Source: Patescibacteria group bacterium (GTDB taxonomy: Bacteria > Patescibacteriota > JAHJAL01). Taken from it: DNA of 34,228 bases. Position 1 is the first letter of the stretch. Each line of letters begins with the position of its first letter. Below the pieces are notes generated by a model. It had not been told where the DNA came from. It saw only the letters and a program-made list of their open reading frames with translations, and did no database searches. Both the position numbers and the translations under genes were made by a program. The stretch covers positions 1-34,228 of the forward strand of contig DAIREY010000001.1 of NCBI GenBank assembly GCA_036795335.1, given 5' to 3'. Below are positions 1-9,000 of the stretch, in pieces.

Positions 1-40
1 GCAATGAAATCGCAAGGTAAAATTAGATAGTAACTCATTG

Positions 41-112
41 TGTCATACCCGCCTTCCGGGGTCCCCAATAAATCTGCAAGATTTTTGGGGTGGATTTGTG
101 CGGGTATCTTAT
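41..112 (+). repeat. Hairpin unit H1: outer stem ATACCCGC/GCGGGTAT enclosing inner GC stem CCCCAA/TTGGGG
   Basis: 45..52 pairs with 100..107 and 63..68 pairs with 85..90. The leader cgcaaggtaaaa..agtaa...tgtcatacccg is repeated at 200..243. Confidence 0.75.
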
Positions 113-231
113 CCGCAATAGGCAAGAAATTCCAAATCCCAAATCTCAAATTTCAAACGAAAGCAAGAATCAATTTTCAATATCCAATATCCAATTAAAA
201 TCGCAAGGTAAAAGTAAACAGTAATTAGAAT

Positions 232-286
232 TGTCATACCCGAAAAGACATGAGCGGAGCGAATATTCTTTGTCGGGTATCTCATT
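232..286 (+). repeat. Hairpin unit H2 (TGTCATACCCGA...TCGGGTATCTCAT)
   Basis: 236..243 pairs with 273..280. Near-identical inverted copy at 27463..27516, with about 4 mismatches in about 55 nt. Confidence 0.85.
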
Positions 287-470
287 CGTAACAATATGCA
301 AGGATCAATATCCAATATTTAATTTAAGCGCAAGAAATCTCAAACAGGAAACAAGGATCAATGATCAATATCCAATTTAATCGCAAGAAATTCAAAATTT
401 AAATCTCAAATTTCAAACGAGTCACATAGACAATTTTCGAGGATCGAAGTTATATTGTTTATAAAAAATT

Positions 471-1247
471 ATGTCACAATATTATCAAGCCAAGCGCACA
501 AAAAATATTTACAAACCGGGTAACCAAACGCCATTTAAGCTGTCGCGTTCCAAGATCGATTTGTTTGTGGAGTGTCCACGTTGTTTTTATCTGGATCGGC
601 GACTGGGAGTAGGACGACCACCGGGTTTTCCTTTCTCTTTGAACTCAGCCGTGGATAAATTGCTAAAACAAGAATTTGATATCCATCGCGCCACCGGCAG
701 CCGGCATCCTTTGATTGCTAGATACAATGTGGATGCTCGTCCGGTCGCTCATCCAAAATTGAATAGTTGGCGGGAAAACTTTATTGGAGTGCAATATCAT
801 CACGAACCAACAAATTTCATTATTACCGGCGCTATCGATGATTTGTGGATTGATTCGCAAGGTAATTATTTGGTGGTTGATTATAAATCTACCGCCAAGG
901 ACGAACAAATCATCATTCTCAATAAAGAGTGGCACGCCGGTTACAAGAGGCAAATGGAAATATACCAATGGCTGCTGAGAAAAAACGGTTTAACAGTTTC
1001 TGACACCGGTTATTTTGTTTATTGCAACGGTCGAACCGACCGACAAGCTTTCGATGGTAAATTGGAATTTGATATCACTTTGATACCATACGCTGGGCAT
1101 GATGATTGGATTGAACAAACATTGTTGGAAATAAAAAGTTGTTTGCTGTCCAATAAAATCCCAACATCTAATCCCAATTGTGATTATTGCGCCTACTATG
1201 ACACTAGGTACCAGGTTGAAAATGAAACGCCGGACAGTTTGTTTTGA
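471..1247 (+). CDS. PD-(D/E)XK (RecB/Cas4-like) nuclease with a CxxC...CxxC cysteine cluster
   Basis: Motifs read in the translation: GAIDDLWID, LVVDYKS (D/ExK), QMEIYQW (QxxxY), N-terminal ECPRCFY and C-terminal NPNCDYCAYY. No SD; the ATG lies about 15 nt after TAGACA-N18-TATATT. Confidence 0.75.
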   Translation: MSQYYQAKRTKNIYKPGNQTPFKLSRSKIDLFVECPRCFYLDRRLGVGRPPGFPFSLNSAVDKLLKQEFDIHRATGSRHPLIARYNVDARPVAHPKLNSWRENFIGVQYHHEPTNFIITGAIDDLWIDSQGNYLVVDYKSTAKDEQIIILNKEWHAGYKRQMEIYQWLLRKNGLTVSDTGYFVYCNGRTDRQAFDGKLEFDITLIPYAGHDDWIEQTLLEIKSCLLSNKIPTSNPNCDYCAYYDTRYQVENETPDSLF

Positions 1248-1602
1248 ATACGTAGTTGGTTATGAACCTTGGCATTGGTATTGGGAAAAAATGACTAATT
1301 ATATTTGTTGTCGAGAACAAAAATCTCGGCAATTTTTTGTATTTTTTGATTACTGCGCAATGTTTCGTTGAGATAATATAGTAAGAAATAACGGCAATTT
1401 CTTAATTTTATTTTAAAATTATCGATAGATTTATAATATGATTTGCCAAGCAACGCTGTTGTACTTGATGTCTGGCTGGAACAAAAAGATATTGTCACCA
1501 GCAATCATTAAGGTAAAATAATGTTGCACCAAAATGTTGATCAAAAAAAGTAGAGAAGAAATTGATTGCTGCCTTACCAAACTATAAAAATTAACTTTTT
1601 GC

Positions 1603-1608
1603 TATAAT
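1603..1608 (+). promoter_or_regulatory. Extended -10 element (TGcTATAAT) ahead of the 1637 gene
   Basis: tgctataat at 1600..1608, about 29 nt upstream of the ATG at 1637. No good -35. Confidence 0.4.
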
Positions 1609-1636
1609 AAAAACAAAGATCAATCATAATTTGCTA

Positions 1637-2353
1637 ATGAAAAATAACGACAAAAAATATTTTTGGTTGGCCAACGGAGTGGGTTTGATGGGAATAATAA
1701 TGTTTTTTGCGCCAATAATTTGGCCGATTGACATGTACGATGGCGGCGGCGCCATGATTTTTATTGGTATATTTTTGGCAATTTGCGGTCCGATTATTTC
1801 TCTGCTCTTTTGGCATCGCATGAGAGTGTTTGACGAGCTAAAAGATGAAACGAAATTGATTGTCCGTTGGCAATACGATCAATATTTATGGGAAAGTTTT
1901 GTTCAAGAAGAGATTAGCTTTCGTGCCGGTGAACAAAAATGGATGCAGCTGGTAGTTTTGTTTTTTTGTGTTGTGATCGGTGGAATATTTTGGTTGGCCG
2001 ATCCGGAGCCCGGTCGATGGGTGTTGCTAGTTTTGCTGGGAATAAATATTTTGATCGCCTTGATTGTCTGGCTGAACAACCGCGCGGTCACCGGTTGGAA
2101 AAACAGTCGTCAGGTGGAGTGCCGCATAAACGACAACGGATTAATTATTAATAATCAGCTGCATGTCTGGCGTGGTTGGGGAGCGCGGTTGGAAAATGTT
2201 CGAGATAGCCGCAACAAGATACATTTACTGGAAATAACTTATTCGACACCGAGCAGATATAGCCGACAATATTACACTATCCGAATCCCAATTCCTACTG
2301 CGGCAGAAAAAAATTTGCCGACTGTATTGAAAACAATATCCGCATTAATTTAA
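1637..2353 (+). CDS. Hypothetical integral membrane protein (about 4 TM helices plus a C-terminal soluble domain)
   Basis: Hydrophobic runs LMGIIMFFAPIIW, MIFIGIFLAICGPIISLLFW, LVVLFFCVVIGGIFWL, VLLVLLGINILIALIVWL. The ORF track starts at TTG 1631; I prefer ATG 1637. Confidence 0.7.
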   Translation: MKNNDKKYFWLANGVGLMGIIMFFAPIIWPIDMYDGGGAMIFIGIFLAICGPIISLLFWHRMRVFDELKDETKLIVRWQYDQYLWESFVQEEISFRAGEQKWMQLVVLFFCVVIGGIFWLADPEPGRWVLLVLLGINILIALIVWLNNRAVTGWKNSRQVECRINDNGLIINNQLHVWRGWGARLENVRDSRNKIHLLEITYSTPSRYSRQYYTIRIPIPTAAEKNLPTVLKTISALI

Positions 2354-2361
2354 AAATCGTC

Positions 2362-2895
2362 ATGCCAAAATTGATTGTACGTAATTCTCGACATCTGATT
2401 GCTTTTTTGATATTTATTGGATTATTATTTTTGACGGTCGGACTGGGTTTGTTGGTGTCGCAAATTTCCGGATGGTGGCAAGTCGATAGCGATAAAAAAT
2501 GGATTTTTGGGATTTTCGAATTTTTTGCACTATTTATCGGTGGCACAATTGCCGTTTCGCAAATCATAAATTGCATCAACCCGTTTGTGATGTTAAAAAT
2601 TGATGAAAAAGGTTTGTCATTTGGCACCGGTTGGCGGTATACACTATATTTGGTGCCATGGGAAGCAATTGAATCGGCGACAGTAGTTTCCAATGCCAAT
2701 TTTTCCATATTACAAATTGTCAAAGACACCTCTTCAGTCCAAATCATTGTCAAAAGCGGTGGTCAAATTCCAGCTTCATTGACTACTTCGGCCGGCATCA
2801 TGTATGTCGGTAATAATCTTACTCTATCCGGCGACTATATCGATTGCCCGGCTGGTTTGATTGTCGAGACAGTGAATGAAAAAATTAACAACTAA
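2362..2895 (+). CDS. Hypothetical membrane protein (2 TM helices plus a C-terminal domain), probably co-transcribed with the 1637 gene
   Basis: 8-nt gap after the previous stop. TM runs LIAFLIFIGLLFLTVGLGLLV and IFGIFEFFALFIGGTIAV. Confidence 0.7.
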   Translation: MPKLIVRNSRHLIAFLIFIGLLFLTVGLGLLVSQISGWWQVDSDKKWIFGIFEFFALFIGGTIAVSQIINCINPFVMLKIDEKGLSFGTGWRYTLYLVPWEAIESATVVSNANFSILQIVKDTSSVQIIVKSGGQIPASLTTSAGIMYVGNNLTLSGDYIDCPAGLIVETVNEKINN

Positions 2896-2993
2896 TTTTC
2901 GGTTGTCACAATAAATAATGAATATTTTCTAGAGACAATTTTTTTTCCAGGCAATAATGCAATAAATGACGATGTCTTATCTATCAGGAAAAA

Positions 2994-3034
2994 ACGAACC
3001 ACCACCGATTTAATAAAACGGTGGTGGTTGATAA
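2994..3034. terminator. Bidirectional intrinsic terminator between the convergent 2362 gene and giant ORF 1
   Basis: aaccaccaccg-atttaataaaa-cggtggtggtt: an 11-bp GC-rich stem with A-run/T-run flanks on both strands. Confidence 0.8.
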
Positions 3035-3063
3035 AAAGCGACCAGAAAAAAATAGAGAATTTG

Positions 3064-6000
3064 TTATTCAACTATGTTCATGACCCATCTATTTTGTCCA
3101 TTGAATCGAACCAGTTCTACCTTCCGAATAAAATTTCCAAGATTGTCTTTCATGTCATACATAAAATCATTGTCTTGTTCATTTTTTGTGTTTAATCCGA
3201 GTTCTGTTTTGATCTGGCTCGTAAGTTGATTCAGCGGAATGAACCCTCTTACCGGAAAATTTACATCAATTCCGATTATTTTATCATTATTATTTGCATC
3301 TCTTCTCCAGGCAAAACTGGTCGGCTTGATTTTGGCGCCCGGAAGTTCAAATTTGTATCGAAGTCTGGCAACCGGCCAATCGCCATTATTGGACTTTTCA
3401 ACCAAAATCTCAAAATTTGCTTGCTCTTCATCACTCATAAACTCTGCCGCATTGCTTCCGTTAATCAAAAAGATATAAGCTTTATCATTGTTAAGATGCT
3501 TAACATGATAAACATAACGTTTTTTGTCTTGTTTCCATCTGCTTTCAATCAGCCAATCTTCCGTATCAAAGATAAATTTGTAGTTATTATTGAGCACATG
3601 ATCAAAGACAATTTTTTCGTTGGCGCGGATCGCGTATCGAAGAATATTGGGCTTACGTAGTGCTTGCGGATTGGCGGTTAATAATTCGGTAATAATTTTA
3701 TTGCAGGGTAACTGATTATCAACGACTAATAATTTTTCCAAAACCTCAATTTGTTCTTCTTTGGTAGCAAAATGTGGTAAGGCATCAAAAATCACATCTT
3801 TGGCATCGGGATATTTTGCCAGTATGGCCAGTGATTTTCCGGCATTTTTGGCAAAAAGATCAATGACAACTTTCTTGTATTGAGATGGTTTTGGTTTTAA
3901 ATATGACATGAATAGTTTTGACATATTATCATTTTCCAAATGCTCCAACAAACTTGGTTTGTCGATTAAGACTTCTACAATACCGAGATCATCAAATGGC
4001 AGGATATCTGCTATTTTTTTGAAATAAATTATTTGTTCTTGATCACTTAGAAGGTTCAATTTATTTATAGCTATTTTGGCAGTAAAACTATTGAGCGTTG
4101 TATCAAGTATTACTTTTACTTCTTCCGGTTTGGTGATTCTGTTCATCAACTCGTGCCGACATATGTTTGATTTTAAAACATAAATATAAATCAAAATGTT
4201 TGATAGGATTTCCGGGTTGTTGGCCACTTCTTCGACTAAAAATTTCTGCAATTGTTCGTGCTGAATGTCATTGCTATTTTTGTCCGTTTCTCTGATAAAT
4301 TCTTCTATCAAATTTACCTTTGATGCGGCATCAAAATTGCTTAACGTTTTGATAAATAAATCAGTGGCATTTTGGTGGTTCATTTTTAACAATTTTTTGG
4401 CTTTGTCTTCCGTTTGAATATGCCGTCTGATGACCGAATAAATAGTTGAATCAACTAACTCATCTTTGTAATTTCCCGCCCGGAAATCATTTGTGATGAA
4501 TTCTCCAATAAGCATTGCATTATTAAGAACAGCATTGATTTGTTGAATTTTTTGGGGTGCTTGCGTGGGATATTTGTTCTCGATAAATTTTCGACATTTT
4601 GTCACATCTCCATCCGCCCACGCTCCAAATACCAAATCGGAGATTTGATATTTGATAGCTTTTTCGAAAAATTGATTATGATTGAGCAAATCACTCCTAA
4701 GATAAAATACTTTTTCGAGATTTTTTTTGTTTATCAATCCCTTGTCTTCCAATTTATCGATGATCTCGGCGGCAAAAAGTTCTTCTTCATCGGTAATTTT
4801 GTCCAAAATTATTTTTGCCGTGTCTTCATTGACATATTTTAAACTTTTTACAATTTTTTCCGGACAATCCATCCAGCTCGTAATAGTGTCGGTAAATTGA
4901 TGATCAAAAGCATATTTTATTACATCAGCTTTGTCTAGCGAAATAATATTTTGACCTAATAAGCTGCTGAAATCCTTTTCTGATAACAAATTTTTGTCAA
5001 TCAATTTTAGAGCGACTTCGGTCTGATCTTTTTGGTCAAATTCAGCTGATTTATTTAATATGATACTGACTGACTCTTTATCAACATATTCCAGCGTTTT
5101 ATCTAATTTATCTCGATTATCGATCCAATCTTCAACCAATTTTCTGAATTGATTATCATTAATAGTCCTTTTTAATATAGTTTCGTCATCAAATTTCAAA
5201 TATCCTTTTTCGATTAATTGATGCAAATTCTGCCAATATATGTGAGATTTTGTCCAACAAATATTAGCAATTTGTCCTCTGATACTAGGATCAAATGCCT
5301 CCAAATTATGAATTATTTGATCCAGTTTTTCTTTGTGAAGACAGTTGATTATTTCTACGACCTCACTTTGATCTTTGGCTAAATCTTTAATTTTTTCTAT
5401 TAATTCCGGACCATTGTTGGCGATATGTCCTTTGTACCAAATTTCGTTCCTGGTTTTCTTAGGTAATTTATCGAGGAATTTATCAAAATTTCCTCCCTTG
5501 ATCTGCTGCTCAATGAGCATTCGAGCTAATTCTATTTTTTCCTCGGCTGGTAATTTTTTTAGATCACATGTGCCAAGTAATTCATCGGCACTGGCCGGAC
5601 TGTATTTGCAGATCAATCGCAACTGATCATTCGTGTATTTTTTTAATGCATGATCTCTAATATATTCTTGAAAATGATACTTTGAAAAACTATTGGCAAA
5701 TATATTTCCTACATCTTCTGACTCCAATATCTCAGGGTTTTTCAAAACAAATAAGTAATAATCCTCATCAGTCAATTTAAATTGAGAATACATTTTTCCG
5801 ACCAATTTTGCTGAAAAATTATATTTCTCGATTGTCATTTCCATGTATCTTACATATCTGTTGGAATTATATATAGCAGTATAATAAGCATCATTCTGTG
5901 TATGATAAATATTAAATCTAATTGATCGGATGTAGTCATTGATTTTCTCTTCATTGCTAAATTTATCGGCCCATTTCAAAATCTTTGCATATTCCAAGGC

Positions 6001-9000
6001 TTTGAGATATCGACCATTTACGTTGTCGATATATAATTTATTTAACACTAATTCTTCCTTCTGTTCCAAAGTCACTGATGGTAGATCGCTTATCATCACA
6101 TCTACTATAATATTTTGCAATTTTTGCAATTTGGATAGGGAGCTTTCCGCATAGGTTGACCCATGAATATTTTTTCCTACCCACTCGTTGAATTCCTGAT
6201 AACTCGTATATCTTGCTAGTCGATTTGAAATTTCATTCATATCTATCTTGGCGCCAGTTTTGGTATATTGTTTTTCCATATCGAGATAAAGCGTTTGCAT
6301 CAATTTTTTTATTTCGTTGATGTAATTTATTGTTGGATTCTTCGCACTATCCGGTTGAGCAGAATTTTTTTGATCTTCTGTCTTAAAGTAATCATATAAA
6401 TTTTTGACCAAATCATCCAAATGATGACAGCTGGGTTTTAGATCACCAAATATTTGTTGCCAATCTTGGCCTTTTTCTATTTTTCCCTTCATCCAATCAA
6501 AAATTATCTTCTGACATTTGGCCGAAGCCTTGTGCCGAACAAATTCAAAGACGTTTTGATCATCGAGCAATAAATGATTGTTGTTTATTTTTGTTGCTAA
6601 CAAATCAATCAAATTATTCATTTTTTCGCCGAGTATCTGGTTTACTCCCTCATCTGTTTCTGTTTCATTGATTAATTTTACCGCTGAGTAAAAATATTTT
6701 TTTATCATTTGCCCGTTATTGGGATCAATGTCTTGTTTCTCGATCTTGAAATTCAAAAGGCCGACTATGATTTCATTGTATTTTGGATGATTAACTTCCA
6801 TACTCTCCAAAATGGCTGTCATGTCTTCCACTAACTTTATTTTTCCTTCCTGACTACTTTTGTAGTATTTATTTTTTAATATCAAATAATTACTATAAAC
6901 ATCCGGATAATATTTTTCGACTATCTCTACAATCTGATTGTTGAGTTGAGTTCTTTTGGTGCCGGCGGAAAGTGTTGTCGATTTCAGATTGGTGACGATC
7001 CACTCGATCAATTGATGATTTTTGGCGATCAATTCTCCCTCAGTATCAAATTTCAAAATATGTCTATCCAGTATTTTTTTGATCGATGCTTCATCGATTT
7101 TTTGACCGGAGGCCAAGAAATGTTTCTCTAATTCACGGATAATTTTTTCGTACTGCAAATTTCCCAATTCATTTAACAATAATTGCTTCTGTTCATCATT
7201 GGTTTCATACTCTGCCAGTAGTTGCAATATTTGTTCCTTCTTTCGGACATCTGTGACTGACTTATCTTGCAAATTTCGCAACAGCCGACTGAGCTGATCC
7301 CAATTTCGAGCGATATCGTCCTTGATCAAAACATGATTTCTGGATAGAAATTTCAACAATTTTTCCATCAACAGTTGGTTGTAATTGTTTTTTAAACTGG
7401 CGATAATTTTTTCAAAAACAGCTTTTTGCTGATCCCATTCGCATCGATCAAGAATACTTTCCAGTTCGCGTTGAGAAAAGTCTTTTTCGGTGGCAGGAGC
7501 TTCTTTGGAAAAATCGAAATAATATTGAGAATCATTGCCAAAACGCATTTCAACCGGCAAGTCCAACTTTTTGCCGGTAAGTCGGGAAAAAATTAATTGT
7601 TTGTATTTGGCAAACTGAGCGGAATTAAAATTATTGAAAATAAAATTTTCCAAAGCGCGTATACTATTTTCATCATTCCAATCAATTTTTTGCCATAAAG
7701 CCATAATATTTCGTTCATCCGCATCACAATCGGATAACAACTGAGGAAGATAGACATCAATATTATCGCTCATCATATGTAAGATTTCAGAATAAAGAGT
7801 ACTGTTGGGATCGATAATATTTAATATGTTGGCTTCGATCACTAATTCGGGTCGATTGGTCTGTTTGACGATTTCATAAAATTCCGGCAGAAATTGATGC
7901 AAATTTTTGTCATTGGTGTAAATCACGTACAGCTCGCGACACATGGCGGCGGTCAATTTTCCGGCCAAACTATTGAGTACCAGGCGAAAACGGTCGTTGG
8001 TTATATGGACACCGTCTAAATACTTTTGGGGATCAAATGCCCACATGATAAATACCGGGACAAAATCTTCTTGATTGTCGATATTTCCCATATTTTCCGG
8101 GGTGAATTCAACCGTTGCATTTGGTTGGTGATCATCCCCTTTCGCGGGAATATGGTCATCATGATCAATAGTGCCTTTGATACCGGCATAGTCATCGTAC
8201 AGACCATCCGTATTTGTTTCAATAAGGACAGGTGTTTCAACAATCGCATCGCCGACGGATGGTTTTTTCAATACTTTGTCGATATATTGCACCATCTTAT
8301 TAAACTCCATCACATCATGCAAATTGTTCAAATCGTATGCCGCTGATAGTAATGAAAATAATTCGAAAAATAATACCCGTAGACCATCGTAGTCCTTTTT
8401 CTTTTCCAGCTTTCGAATACGTCGTATGTATTCTTTGTATAGTCGTGTATCGCGGTACACTCTGATATTTTTTGTTTCTTTTTCAAATTCTTCTCGACTG
8501 ATATGCCGGCGTTTTATAGCATAAAAAGCTACTCGTCCCATTTGTTGTAAATCTTTTGAATCGGTTTTGTCACTCAACTCGTGCTGTTGATTGTACATCA
8601 AGATTTGCAAATCTAACTTATTTTTTAGAATATCAATAAATTCCGGCGAATACATTTCATAACTGCTAAATTTCAATATGCCCCCTACTCGCAGATGATC
8701 AAGAATTCTTTGCCAAACTTGTTTGACTGTCTCATTTTCGTTTTTGTCATACTTGGCAATATCACCCCAGCTGGAACATTCGATTAAATCAAAATCTTTT
8801 TTTTCTAGGTCAAAATTTCGAGCATCACCAACGATATCGTATTCGGTACAACAATCGGCAATATTTAATCCTTTTTGTTTCATCTGTGCTCGACTGGCTT
8901 GATGCATCAATGGTGAAAAATCCAAGCTATATATTTCCGGCAAAGCAGTAATTTCCTTTTTTTCCAGCAGTTGTCCATAGGCGCGCAACTCTTCATGCGG

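Larger units (their letters stand above)
1..430 (+). repeat. Mosaic intergenic repeat block A, cut by the window edge. GCAAG-anchored heptad modules plus two hairpin units.
   Basis: About eight GCAAG(A/G) anchors. Each is followed by YYCAAAT or ATCCAAT heptads, e.g. ttccaaa tcccaaa tctcaaa tttcaaa at 130..157. Exact 20-25 nt matches to blocks at 21679..21703, 33092..33111 and 33120..33139. Confidence 0.85.

Noticed and set aside
41-286. Hairpin units as integron attC sites
   Set aside because: There is no intI gene and no GTTRRRY/RYYYAAC core sites at the stem bases. The units do not separate promoterless cassettes.
109-315. 68-aa minus-strand ORF in the ORF track
   Set aside because: It lies entirely within repeat block A, spanning hairpin units and heptad modules. 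It has no RBS. The translated sequence is low-complexity and would not be preserved in the other repeat copies.
122-420. CRISPR-array interpretation of the recurring gtttgaaatttc / gcaagaaat modules
   Set aside because: There is no regular repeat-spacer periodicity. The units are degenerate, of variable length and occur in both orientations. No cas genes are present, and the same modules are dispersed at four loci.
3226-3660. Antisense ORFs inside the giant genes (for example 144 aa at 3226..3660, 131 aa at 8907..9302, 111 aa at 15575..15910)
   Set aside because: They are short relative to the host ORF, lack RBS or promoter signals, and have hydrophobic or low-complexity translations typical of the reverse frame of K/E/N-rich coding sequence.
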